Shown here: one piece after another, positions 25,862 through 47,926 of the stretch
Position numbering within the stretch: the first letter of the stretch is position 1
Layout: each line of letters opens with the position of its first letter
Source of the DNA: Haliotis rubra
Lineage: Eukaryota
DNA: 64,000 nucleotides
Reading direction: 5' to 3'
NCBI RefSeq assembly: GCF_003918875.1
Contig: NW_025767057.1
Span: forward strand, 1,922,001-1,986,000
Made by a program: the position numbers and the translations under genes
Notes under the pieces: model-generated
Told to the model about the DNA's origin: nothing
Database searches by the model: none
What the model saw: only the letters and a program-made list of their open reading frames with translations

Positions 25862-27566
25862 ATGGCCTATAAACAAGCTTTCAAGAAAAGGGTCTATGAC
25901 AAGTTACGTGAACAACTTTGGGAAGCTTTAACAAAGAACAACGACTGTGACGTCACAATCAAGATAGACGATGATATGTTCCAATGCCACAAGGTCGTCC
26001 TGGCAATGATGTCACCTTACTTTGATGCCATGTTTACTTCGGGCTTCAAGGAAACCGACAACAAGGTGATAGAAGTACAAAGCATCAGTCCGGATACCTT
26101 CAGAAATGTGCTGGAGCACATTTACCGCAGAAACGCAGCCGTGAATACTTCCAATGTGCTTGATGTGTTGCACGCAAGTTCAATGTTCCTTTTGGACAGC
26201 CTTATTGAACGTTGTGAAACGTTCCTCATAAACGAGGGTGACGTGAGCAAATTGTGGTTGAAACAATGGCGAGTTGCACGAACATATGTCCTGGAAATAC
26301 TGTGCGAACTGACAAACAGTTTCATTTGTAAAAACTTCAAGAAAATATCCTACACAGACCTGTTTGCAAGCCTGACTGAGGACGAGCTCTGTGAGATTTT
26401 GCCAGTGATGAGCTGAGAGTGACAAATGAAGCAGATGTTTTGAAGGCTGTTCTCCTGTGGACAATAAACCAAGAAAGTTCCTCAGAAACACATCTACCAC
26501 GCTTGTTGGCTCATGTCTCGATTAACCAGGTTTCAAATGACACCTTCAAATCTAAAATAGCCCCTCTACTCGAAACTCTAGGACAGAATACGCGAGATAT
26601 TGTCGAGGAGGCCAAGAAAGAGCAGAATGCCTCAGGAAAACAGATTGTGAGACACAACGACAAACCTACAAATGTCCTATTTGGTGATGACGAAGTCCAT
26701 GGGAGAAAAGTACTGAAGATGTACTCTTTGGATGACCGCAAGATGTACGAAGTTCCAGCACTACCTGGTATGCACAGTGTGGCTGGAACACCAAGAGGCT
26801 TCGCCTTCAATGGTGATCTAATGCTCAGCAGTCTTAGCAGTGTCTATAGGTTGAATGTACAGACATGGTGCTGGGAGGATATGGACATGCCGCCAATGCA
26901 TGTCATCCAGATACTCACTGTACAACATAAACTGTATGTGTTTGGATTATGCGAGGATGGCATCCAGCTACTGAGGTATGAAGAAGATGAGGATGGGGAG
27001 CCTGGCTGGAAGATGGTTGGTGTCATTGGAGGAGAGATGAGAAACTGTTCGGCAGCTGTTTTGGGGACAAGGTCTACTTAATTGGAGAAGATGTCAGCAA
27101 TTATTCACTTACAAAGAAGGTCTTTATTCTGAATGAATTTGGAATTGATGCAGCGTCATGTCTGGGACAATTTCAGCCATCTCAAGGATTATTTTCTGCA
27201 TCCATAGCTTCCAAGGACGACAAGATGTATTACCTGACGTCAGACTTGGAATTCGGAGTGATAAACGATAACAATTCCCCACAGGCTATCACACACTTTC
27301 CTCAGCTTGAAGATGTCACTGGCTACTCTCTCGAACAAAAGGGAAACGAGTTGATGGTTCTGATGAAGTTTAAATCCAAAACAAAGATTTTAGCTTTGGA
27401 CTTGGATGAAATGACTCTTCATATACTCCAGGAGGTTCCTGCTAGGTTGTTGCATTGTCAATTTGGCAAAGTCAAAACATCTATCATCGACGAATGGTCT
27501 TCAGTTACCCAAACGGTTTCAATATCAACAACGGTGTAACGCGTGCATCTGGTGACGCATATTCTG
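25862..27566 (+). pseudogene. Kelch-like (BTB-BACK-propeller) copy 2, frameshifted as assembled
   Basis: Near-identical to 20114-21818 over long tracts. Single-base deletions near 26398 (gagattttgcc vs gagattgttgcc) and 27063 (G4 vs G5), and probably near 27530. These could be sequencing errors. Confidence 0.7.
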
Positions 27567-27883
27567 GTAGGGTTATGCTTCAGGTCATATGTTTGAAAAT
27601 GTTGTATAAGTCCAATACACAATCACGTAGACTCCATACCTGAAGAGCCTTCCTTACACATATGGTATTTTTAATGAATATGATCGCTTCGAGCTTTCCT
27701 CCCACAGAAACTGCCACGCAGTGATTCTTAGTCCCCAATTTGTCTGTTCACTAGGTACACAAGATATATTTATGGACCAATACTTTCAGTTTTTTGTTGT
27801 GTCCTGAAAATAATAAGTCGCTGGAAATGATGGAAATTGTGATAAAAAATGTTTCATAAACAATTAATTTATTTGTTTCAGAT

Positions 27884-28684
27884 ATGGAAACATCACACCA
27901 AACACATTTCATGGCAGGTCTAAAGAGGGCACTAGACGAAGGATCACACTCCGATCTGACCGTGACAGTTGGTGATGCATCTTTCCCTTGTCACAGGATC
28001 ATTGTCAAGTCCATGTCACCGTATATCAAAGAGCGGTTGTCAGCTGGAGATGTTGAAATGGCGTTGGAGGATGTAGATGTCGATGCCTTCAAAGACACCC
28101 TCAACTTCATGTACACCGGTGTCCTACCGCAGCTTCGTGAAGACAACATAGCTGCCCTCCTTAATACTGCAAAATTACTACAAATGGATGATCTTCAGCT
28201 TGCAATTGAAGAGGAGTTCGGCCATAGAGACATCATAGGTGCACACAACTATTTGTCATTGCAAGCTTTGGCCATCAAACATAATTCTTCGTTCATCCAA
28301 AATGAAGTATACAAGTTTATCCTTTTTCATTTTGAGTACATATGGAAGAAGGGTGAACTTAATGCAATGAGCTTCAACCAGCTACATCATTTCGCCCTTC
28401 GCAATGATCTTATTCTTTCAAGTGAGTTTGTGCTGCTGAAAGCTCTCGTTGACTGGATTCTAGCTCAGAATCAGCTGTCTTGGGACGAGACGAAGCTGTT
28501 GATTTCTGTCCCTGTGATGCCATTGATAACGGAGGAGAACATCCATGAAATTAGGTGCATGGATCAGATGGAAGCCAATCAGCGTCTCAGCTCTCTACTG
28601 CTGGACACATGGGAACGTGACCACACGACGGACCCTGACGGGGCGACCGAAGCGCCAATCCCAACGTACAAGGACTATCTGTAA
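27884..28684 (+). CDS. BTB-BACK protein or exon, copy 2
   Basis: Intact 266-aa ORF paralogous to 22256-23062; acceptor ttgtttcag|AT immediately before the ATG. Confidence 0.82.
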   Translation: METSHQTHFMAGLKRALDEGSHSDLTVTVGDASFPCHRIIVKSMSPYIKERLSAGDVEMALEDVDVDAFKDTLNFMYTGVLPQLREDNIAALLNTAKLLQMDDLQLAIEEEFGHRDIIGAHNYLSLQALAIKHNSSFIQNEVYKFILFHFEYIWKKGELNAMSFNQLHHFALRNDLILSSEFVLLKALVDWILAQNQLSWDETKLLISVPVMPLITEENIHEIRCMDQMEANQRLSSLLLDTWERDHTTDPDGATEAPIPTYKDYL

Positions 28685-29114
28685 TAACCCGGTGAAGTTT
28701 TACATCGGTCTAAACAATATTACGGCGGAGCTAGGCAGCCACTGAACAATAGTGTAGCACGTGATCTTGAGTTAGCAGTGAGTCCACGTAACAACAGATC
28801 GGTGAAATGGACACATTTGAACTGGATCAGCAAAATTGAAAAAAAGTGTTTGTTTGTATCCTACATTCTATAACGTAAGTAGACATTAAATAGAAGTACA
28901 TTATATACCAAAATAGCTTATCATTACGTATAATATTCAACTTTGCAACGTTATGTTGTTTCAGAAACACAGGGAATCGACACACGGGGAATCGAACTCG
29001 TGTATTCGTTGAGACCATCGAACGCTTCCACCTCTTGACTTACCGCCCACGCTAGTCACTGGCATCTCGTGGCTGCTGGGTTCCAACCTAGTGTGATAAC
29101 GGGTTGTCCAACAA

Positions 29115-29562
29115 GAATTGGTCTTCAGTAACCCATGCTTAGAGGCGGCTAACTGGATCGGGTGGTCAGGCTCGCTGACTTGGTTGACACATGTCATCGG
29201 TTCCCAATTGCGTAGATCTGTGCCCATGCTGTTGATCACTGGGTTGTCTGGTCCAGACTCGATTATTTACAAACCGCCGCCATATAGCTGGGATATTAAC
29301 AAACCAACCAACAAGAGTTCATCTATTACATATAGATATATTACAGACAATTGTCAACACTTCAAGCTTTTGCAACCCTCTCCGGTCGCATTGGGAGTGA
29401 GTGAGTGAGTTGGGTTTAATGCAGCTTTTAGCAATATTCCAGTAATATCACGGCGGGGGACACCATAAATGGGCTTCACACATTGTACCCATGTGGGGAA
29501 TAGAACCCGGGTCTTCAGCGCGACGAGCGAACGCCTTAACAACTAGGCTACTTCACCGCCCA
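29115..29562. repeat. SINE family B (29115-29300 +) and family A (29396-29562 -)
   Basis: Consensus matches; the family A copy is flanked by a tcgcattgg(g)agt duplication. Confidence 0.8.
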
Positions 29563-29674
29563 CTGTTCGCATTGGAGTTATATATATATTTCCACACAGT
29601 GTTAATTCATTCTAACTCTGTTCGACACAATAATATATTGTTTTCCCATACGTTTTTTCCATGTTTGGGTAATA

Positions 29675-31201
29675 TACTCTCCCCAAAAAGAAACGCATCA
29701 TGAAAATAGCAATTTCATGTAGCAATGAATTAAAACGTGATTCATTTTACAAAAGGTTTTGCTCTGTTTATGAGTCCTATGGTGTTTATGTTTTGAAACA
29801 TCACAACAAAACGCACCATCCGTAAATACCTGTATTTAACAGCATGATTTTCAATTTCGGCGTGTAGTGTCACAGAATACACAATTTACATGCAATGCAC
29901 GTGAAAGTTGGGGATCAGATAGTCTCAATGATGGGTATAAAAGGTTGATCGCTGTCTGTCGATTATTCACTGCATTTGGAATATTGTTGACGAACGCAAA
30001 ATGCCACGTCTAAGTGAAGCCAACCGTCATATCGCCATTGGTTTGCTTGAAGCTGGCCAGTCTCAACGTGCAGTTGCCCGACGCATGAATGTTCACTAAA
30101 GCACCATTTCACGGCTCTGGGAGAGATATCGCCGGCAGAATGCGGTAGCAGATGCCCCTCGTAGTGGGCGACCTCTAGCGACCAGTGCGGCGCAGGATCG
30201 CTACATCCGGGTACATCACCTGCGTCATCGAACAGCTACGGCGACCCGTACCGATCGACAAATACCCGGATTGAGGAGGCTTTCTGCACAGACCGTCAGG
30301 AACAGGTTGAGAGAGGCTGGTTTACGTGCCAGAAGACCTTATTTTGGCCCTGTGCTTCGACAACAACATCGTCGACATCGAGTTCAATGGTGCACCAACG
30401 TTCAGGCCTGGAACCTACCGAATTGGCGTAGAATCTGGTTCAGTGATAATACGATTTCTATTGGAACGACGCTATGGAAGAATGCAGGTGTACAGACGTT
30501 GACGTGAACGTTTCGCCGACGCTTGCGATCCCCAGATGGACAGATTCGGCCGGGGAAGTGTTATGAGAGGTGGGGGCGATCACCTGCCGTAGGAGAAGTG
30601 ATTTGGTGATGATCCAGGGCATCCTGACACCTCAACGGTACTCTGACGAAATCCTACGCCCACACCTCCTTCCAATCATTGATCGCCAGAGGGAGTTGTT
30701 TCAACAAGACAATGCCAGGCCCCACACAGCACGTCACACTAGAGACTTCCTCCAGAACAACAACATCAATGTGCTTCCCTGGCCCTCAAGATCACCGGAC
30801 TTAAACCCGATCGAACATCTGTGGGATGCCCTGGACAGACGGGTGCGACGCCGTAACCCTCGGCCCCAGACACTTCAGCAACTCGCGCAGGCACTGCAGG
30901 CAGAGTGGGCTGCGATTGGGCAACACGAGATTCTTAGACTTATTCGTCGAAGGCCGAGGCGATGCCGTGCAGTTCTGGATGCTCACGGTGGTCACATGAG
31001 GTATTGACTTCAGCGCCACCACACGTCTCCATGTGACACTCAAACTGACTTTCCTCGAGTTGGTGCCAAAGACGGATAAGTCTGCATTCCCAGTGTGCAT
31101 TTTCGCTATATTTCATTGACTCATAAAGCCTACAAGATGTTTCAAAATAAACATAAAAATACAGTTGAAATTCATATATGCGTTTCTTTTTTCGGAGAGT
31201 A
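29675..31201 (+). mobile_element. Tc1-family (DD34E) DNA transposon, full length, decayed transposase
   Basis: TIRs TACTCTCCCCAAAAAGAAACGCAT / ATGCGTTTCTTTTTTCGGAGAGTA flanked by TA. Transposase 30001-31007 has HTH, WFSD, QQDNARPH and SPDLNPIE with 34 residues between D and E, plus an in-frame stop near 30097 and frameshifts. Confidence 0.92.
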
Positions 31202-31659
31202 TAGATATATACAGATTATTTCGGTCACGTATAGTTATTAATTTAGATGCCAAGGCGTGTCAGCTGTCAGGGTATGATGTTCACGGAAGTCAAGGGAAAT
31301 AACCCGGGCGAATTTGGGATTGGAACCGACGATAGGAACATCATGAAAGTTAAAGGCGGCAGCTCTTCACACCACTGGACGACTATGTTCCCTCTCCAAG
31401 AGCTCAGAGAAGAAACGGACTCAAACCATGATTTAGCGAATTATTCTCTGCAACGTTTCGTGTGAGCAAATAAACAACATCATGCCGTGTGACCAAAAAA
31501 TGCTTTTAATCAAGGCATTGTAGTGACGAAAATGAATCACGTAGAATATTTAAATATTTGTGATTGTTTAATAAACATTATGAATTACTTTATTGGAAGG
31601 ATCATGCAACTGTTATAATTACTTATCTCATAACGTTTATCTCATAACATCTACAGGAC

Positions 31660-32890
31660 TTGTAACACTAGGTTGACGTATCTTGTAACACTAGGGTGAC
31701 GTATATTGTAATACTAGGGTGACGAATCTTGTAACACTAGGTTGACGTATCTTGTAACACTAGGGTGACGTATATTGTAATACTAGGGTGACGAATCTTG
31801 TAACACTAGGTTGACGTATCTTGTAACACTAGATTGACGTATCTTGTAACACTAGGGTGACGTATCTAATTACACTAGGGTGACGTATATTGTAACACTA
31901 GGATGACGTATCTTGTAACATTAGGTTGACATATCTTGTAACACTAGGGTGACGTATCTAGTAACACTAGGGTGACGTATAACACTATGGTGACGCATCT
32001 TGTAACACTAGGGTGACGCATCTTGTAACACTAGGGTGACGTATCTTCAAATACTAGGGTGACGTATGTTGTAACACTAGTGTGACGTATCTTGTAGCAC
32101 TAGGGTGGTGTATAACACTAACGTGACCTATCTTGTTACACTAGGGTGACGTATCTTGTAACACTAGGGTGACGCATCATGTAACACTAACGTGACGTAT
32201 CTTGTAACACTAGGGTGACGTATCTTGTAACACTAGATTCAGGTATAACACTGGGGTGACGCATCTTGTAACACTAGGGTGACATATCTTATAAGATTAG
32301 GGTGACGGATCTTGAAAAACTGGGGTGACGCATCTTGCAAACACTTGGGTGATGGATCTTGAAACACTAGGGTGACGTATCTTGTAACACTTGGGTGATG
32401 TATCTTGTAACACTAGGGTGACGTATCTTGTAACACTAGGGTGACGTATCTTGTAACACTAGGGTGACGTATCTTGTAACACTAACGCGACGTATCTTGT
32501 AACACTAGGTTCAGGTATAACACTGGGGTGACGCATCTTGTAACACTAGGGTGAAATATCTTATAACATTAGGGTGACGTATCTTGTAACACTACGGTGA
32601 CGCATCTTGCAACACTAGGGTGATGTATCTTGTAACACTAGGGTGACGTATCTTGTAACACTAGGGTGATGTATCTTGTAACATTAGGGTGAAGTATCTT
32701 GTAACACTAGGGTGAAGTATCTTGTAACACTAGGGTGACGTATCTTGTAACACTACGGTGACGAATAACACTAGGGTGACGTATCTTGTAACACTAGGGT
32801 GACGTATCTTGTAACACTAGGATGGCGCATAACACTAGGGTGACGTATCTTGTAACACTAGGGTGACGTATCTTGTAACACTAGGTTGAA
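31660..32890. repeat. Minisatellite, 23-bp unit TGTAACACTAGGGTGACGTATCT, more than 50 copies
   Basis: Direct periodicity with occasional shortened units. Confidence 0.95.
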
Positions 32891-33063
32891 GTGTTTTGTT
32901 GCATGTGACGTGACGATTAATTCTGCGTGACGATTAATATCAATAAACCGCAACTTAAGTTATAACTCACAACGTAATATTCAAAATTCGTAATTCGTAA
33001 TTACAATAGATGGGATACATTAAAAAGGAATGTGCAAAGGATATAAAGCATAATAAATATATA

Positions 33064-34639
33064 TACTCCGTGCCACTATTGAAGGGTCACGCTGGAATAA
33101 TTTTATATAATGCAAAATAAAGTTTGTTGTGACAAGATAACAGAAAGAAGAGATAGTTTATTAACTGAGAAGAGTGTTCAGTGCTAAGCTGTGAGAAAAG
33201 GATCAGGGGCTCATTTCACGAAGGACCTTAACTCCCATTCTTTAACATTGCATTAAAGTTACCTTTGTGACTTACACCTTAGTGCAATGTTAAAGAATGG
33301 GAGTTAAGGTTAATCTTAGTAAAGGTTGCTTCGTGAAAGGAGCCCCAGGGCTGTATCTACACGGACATCAAACAAAGGGATGCCCCAAAACCGGAAAGTC
33401 ACAACAACCGAGTCCAGGACCAATCAGTACTTTGTGTAGCCGCCTCTCTGGTCCTGGGCAGAGTTACACCGAGACGCCATGCTTTTGATCAAGTTCACGA
33501 AGAATGCCTGTGGAATAGCCTCCCATTCTTGCGGAGCAGGGTGACGTCTGTAAACACGTCTGCCAAGTTCATCCCATGCATGCTCGATTGGATTCAGGTC
33601 TGGTGAGCATGCCGGCCAGTCCATCCGTTCCACACCCTGTTGCTGAAGATAATCAGTGACTATCCTGGCTCTGTGAGATCTGGCATTACCGTCCAATGGG
33701 GGTCAAGATTTCATCTCGATACCACAGACCAGTCACACTTCCATCAATAATGTGCAGCTGGATTCTTCCTGTAGCCATGATACCGGCCCAAACCATGACT
33801 GACCCGCCACCAAACCTATTGTGTGTGACAACTGTAGCATCAGTGAACCGTTCAGTTCTTCTGCAGAATATTGTCGACCTGGTCTTACTCCAGGCGAAAC
33901 GTGCATGTCTGTGACGTTGCAGAATTTTGTGGACGGACTGCTGGTCGCCTTGAAAGGAGCCCATTGGCACGTAATCGGCGTCGTATTGAGTTCCTGCTTA
34001 TCCTGACACCATGAACATTGTAATGTTCAATCCGAAGGTCGCCGGCGGTCAGGAATCGGTTACGTAAAGCGACGTTAACCAAGTGCCTATCTTGCCTTGC
34101 AGTGGTAACTCTAGGTCGACCTGGTCTTCTCGCATATTCCATCGATCCCGTGGCTTGAAACCTTTGCAACAGTCTCCAAATGACACTTTTACTCACATTG
34201 AAGTGATTTGCAGCTTGTCGTTGACCAGCTTGCACGAGACCATTTGCTTGACCCCTCTCCGCTACCGTCAGGAAACATCTTATTTCGTATCAGAAACCAT
34301 GATGTCAGGGTGAGACTACAGTTGACGTTTATAACCTAAACCTGTGTATGGGAAATCGCACTTTCTCGTGCAATGCAAGACACAATGCCGCGTTTCCGCG
34401 ATACAGATATTGACAGTGTTCACGGAAACCAAACATAATCAAAATGTTCATGTTTTTGAAACACTGTATATATTTAAATTCTCAATCATTGAGACATGTG
34501 CGTAGCCTAATGTTCTATGGTGCCTTATGTCAACTGGGTTTTAAACAATATTGACTTCTCATTACCGATATATTCATAATATGGAATTGATTCCTATCAA
34601 TGCAAAAGACACATGACCCTTCAATAATGGCACGGAGTA
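33064..34639 (-). mobile_element. Second, distinct Tc1-family transposon, decayed
   Basis: TIRs TACTCCGTGCCACTATTGAAGGGTCA / TGACCCTTCAATAATGGCACGGAGTA flanked by TA. Fragmented transposase (RPGRPRVTT, GGGSVMVWAGI, WPACSPDLNPIEHAW) in ORFs 33885-34235, 33686-33970 and 33424-33696. Confidence 0.9.
33207..33346. mobile_element. Palindromic MITE nested in the Tc1 element, CAG target-site duplication
   Basis: cag-GGGCTCATTTCACGAAG...CTTCGTGAAAGGAGCCC-cag; inner arms ccttaactcccattctttaacattgca / tgcaatgttaaagaatgggagttaagg. Confidence 0.75.
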
Positions 34640-35176
34640 TATAACGCCTCACAACAACGGAATAGCATTGCGTGTCCGTCTGTGCTCTCTGCACTGCCTT
34701 AGTCTACAGTCAACACCGTCTATGACGCACGCAGTGCGACCTCCAAAAGACTCCTTAGTAGCAGAAGATGTTTGTATTCATAAGTTTCCGTAACTGACGT
34801 ATCATTTGTTTTGTTTGTTGAGGCCGCTCCTCGTGCAGTAACATGTATCGGATCTGGATTAGACAAACACGTGGTTGATGTTATGAATAAAGCCCGACGC
34901 AGAATGGGTAAGATAGCACATAATCATTAAACAGCCAAGCGTGACCAACGATATTGTTTGCCTCATACTACAAGCACAGGGTACATTGCAACCACGAATC
35001 CTAGCTGATAAATAAACAATTTGTAACTGAACCATTAGTTACTTTGAAATCTGGATTATTTATGTCCAATGAGTCAGTCTGTGTCACCTTCTCAAGTACT
35101 GCTGATCGCCATCATTCTGTAAGTTTCAGGGTTTTAAATCTGACTCATGCGTGGATTACTTGGAAAGTAAAACAAG

Positions 35177-35310
35177 AGTCCCAATGCGTTTGGCTGTAGT
35201 CTGTGATGGCCTGTGTTCCTGACTCCCAATGCGTTTGGCTGTAGTCTGTGATGGCCTGTGTTCCTGAGTCCCAATGCGTTTGGCTGTAGCCTGTGATGGC
35301 CTGTGTTCCT
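35177..35310. repeat. Three copies of a 45-bp tandem repeat just downstream of the Deltex stop codon
   Basis: GAGTCCCAATGCGTTTGGCTGTAGTCTGTGATGGCCTGTGTTCCT x3. Confidence 0.85.
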
Positions 35311-35352
35311 GTGGACATCTGACGGTCTGCCATTCAGAGACAACAAAATCCG

Positions 35353-44248
<8,896 letters not shown>

Positions 44249-44676
44249 TCCGTCTTCTTCTTCAGCCTGCAACATATCATCCCAAATGGTTTTGAGATTG
44301 GCGATTTCTATGTGGTAGCGCACGTTTAGTCTCAAAGAAGTAATTCGTTCAATATGTTGTACAGTCTTAACAGTTTTATTATCAGGGCCTTTCAACTCGC
44401 AGGCTTTGGAATAACTGCAGATAATAGTCATTTCTTTGATATTAAATTCCGTACGAAACGTTGATCTACACATATTGCATTCACAAAAGGTGAAGGATAT
44501 TGGGTACAAGTTCACAGTTTGGGGGACACATTCTGACATGTTTTCAAAGTGCCAGTTTAAAAAATGAATACTCATATATATTTTTGGAATAACAAAGGTA
44601 AAGACGAATATCAAACAATTATCTTCCTATTCTTATTTACCTTTCCTATGTGCAAAAGTAAATGCGTTAATATGGA

Positions 44677-44830
44677 GTGAGTGAGTTTAGTTTTACGCTG
44701 CTTTCAGAAATATTCCAGTAATATCTTGACGGGGGACATCAGAAATGGGCGTCAAACGTTGTACCCATGTTGGGAATCGAACCTGGGTCTTCCGTGTGAC
44801 GAGGGAACAGGTAAACCACTTGGCTACCCC
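44677..44830 (-). repeat. Diverged family A SINE
   Basis: Reverse-complement match with many substitutions. Confidence 0.7.
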
Positions 44831-45133
44831 AATTTATTTATTGTTTCACAAATGCTCAGCAAAGCCCTAATTCTTTGCACAAACGACATCATATTACGGA
44901 CAACATCCCAAGTTTAGCTTCATCACTCTGGCTTTGTAAAGGAGAAGATATTTACAGAATAAAAGCTGCACTTGAACAAATTCAGAATTCATCATTGGGA
45001 GAAAATAATAATTATATCATGTTACAGCTTCAAAAGTCCAGTGTGTTCTGATGACATTATGTTCACGGTGAGAGGAAAAGCATTTAGGGATAACTAATAC
45101 TCTTGGTCCAATGTTCAAATTGAAAATGCATCG

Positions 45134-47227
45134 AAATAAGGTACAGATCGTTTGATCCCGATACTAACTAGATATACACTATGTTTCATTACAATAAGGT
45201 ACAGATCGTTTGATCCCGATACTAACTAGATATACACTATGTTTCATTACAATAAGGTACAGATCGTTTGATCCCGATACTAACTAGATATACACTATGT
45301 TTCATTACAATAAGGTACAGATCGTTTGATCCCGATACTAACTAGATATACACTATGTTTCATTACAATAAGGTACAGATCGTTTGATCCCGATACTAAC
45401 TAGACATACACACTATGTTTCATTACAATAAGGTACAGATCGTTTGATCCCGATACTAACTAGACATACACTATGTTTCATTACAATAAGGTACAGATCG
45501 TTTGATCCCGATACTAACTAGACATACACTATGTTCCATTACAATAAGGTACAGATCGTATGATCCCGATACTAACTAGACATACACTATGTTTCATTAC
45601 AATAAGGTACAGATCGTTTGATCCCGATACTAACTAGACATACACTATGTTCCATTACAATAAGGTACAGATCGTATGATCCCGACACTAACTAAATATA
45701 CACTATGTTTCATTACAATAAGGTACAGATCGTTTGATCCCGATACTAACTAGACATACACTATGTTTCATTACAATAAGGTACAGATCGTTTGATCCCG
45801 ATACTAACTAGATATACACTATGTTTCATTACAATAAGGTACAGATCGTTTGATCCCGATACTAACTAGTTATACACTATGTTTCATTACAATAAGGTAC
45901 AGATCGTTTGATCCCGATACTAACTAGACATACACTATGTTTCATTACAATAAGGTACAGATCGTTTGATCCCGATACTAACTAGACATACACTATGTTC
46001 CATTACAATAAGGTACAGATCGTATGATCCCGATACTAACTAGACATACACTATGTTTCATTACAATAAGGTACAGATCGTTTGATCCCGATACTAACTA
46101 GATATACACTATGTTTCATTACAATAAGGTACAGATCGTTTGATCCCGACACTAACTAGATATACACTATGTTTCATTACAATAAGGTACAGATCGTTTG
46201 ATCCCGATACTAACTAGACATACACTATGTTTCATTACAATAAGGTACAGATCGTTTGATCCCGATACTAACTAGACATACACTATGTTTCATTACAATA
46301 AGGTACAGATCGTTTGATCCCGATACTATCTAGACATACACTATGTTTCATTACAATAAGGTACCGATCGTTTGATCCCGATACTAACTAGACATACACT
46401 ATGTTTCATTACAATAAGGTACAGATCGTTTGATCCCGATACTAACTAGACATACACTATGTTTCATTACAATAAGGTACAGATCGTTTGATCCCGATAC
46501 TAACTAGACATACACTATGTTTCATTACAATAAGGTACCGATCGTTTGATCTCGATACTAACTAGACAAACACTATGTTTCATTACAATAAGGTACCGAT
46601 CGTTTGATCCCGATACTAACTAGACATACACTATGTTTCATTACAATAAGGTACAGATCGTTTGATCCCGATACTAACTAGACATACACTATGTTTCATT
46701 ACAATAAGGTACAGATCGTATGATCCCGATACTATCAGGACATACACTATGTTTCATTACAATAAGGTACAGATCGTTTGATCCCGATACTAACTAGACA
46801 TACACTATGTTTCATTACAATAAGGTACAGATCGTTTGATCCCGATACTAACTAGACATACACTATGTTTCATTACAATAAGGTACCGATCGTTTGATCT
46901 CGATACTAACTAGACAAACACTATGTTTCATTACAATAAGGTACCGATCGTTTGATCCCGATACTAACTAGACATACACTATGTTTCATTACAATAAGGT
47001 ACAGATCGTTTGATCCCGATACTAACTAGACATACACTATGTTCCATTACAATAAGGTACAGATCGTTTGATCCCGATACTATCAGGACATACACTATGT
47101 TTCATTACAATAAGGTACAGATCGTTTGATCCTGATACTAACTAGATATACACTATGTTTCATTACAATAAGGTACAGATCGTTTGATCCCGATACTAAC
47201 TAGACATACACTATGTTTCATTACAAT
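45134..47227. repeat. Tandem array, 58-bp unit, about 36 copies
   Basis: Unit AATAAGGTACAGATCGTTTGATCCCGATACTAACTAGACATACACTATGTTTCATTAC (starts at 45193, 45251, ...). Confidence 0.97.
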
Positions 47228-47926
47228 TTAAAACCAAATGTTTGAATAGTGATTATAAATAAAATCAGCTTGAAATGCAAAGGTCACGTAAAGGTCACAT
47301 TTTAAACTAAAAACGAAACATAAACGTTTGGCCCAACTAAACTCGTATCACATATTATTACATTTTTCACAAATATGGCCGAATAATGTAAACCAAATTC
47401 TGGACAACGACGAGCTACATACTTTACCTGATAAGAGCATATACTATTCACACTTTGCTAAAGATCAAATCATGGATTCAACAGAAAACTATGATGTGGG
47501 GTCAAATTTGGTTTAAATATCTAAGCTTATTGTAAGCATGGTTCCTAGGTTTCAGTATGTCATTGCATCTTGTGGATCCCATACCTGCTATTGACAGGTG
47601 TTGTTTGTGCTAGTTCCATAATTTGCAAAATGGTTGATTTGTGCCATGAAAACCATATTTATGTTACTCGTGTATCAAGTGAAAAAGGTTCAAATAAAGT
47701 GGCTGTTGGCCTAAAGAGGGTTACCATATTATTACTTATCCAGTTTTAAACGGATACAATTTCATATCATAAATCTACGTTTAAGTAAAGTTGTAAATTT
47801 TTTGTGATCCTTATCAAAGTGTGAGTAGTATAACAATGCAGCCGAATACAACTACAGTCGCTGTAGAACTCTCCACAGCGTCAGTGAATATTTAGGGGAG
47901 ATAACTCTGTTTATAATCATCTGCAT

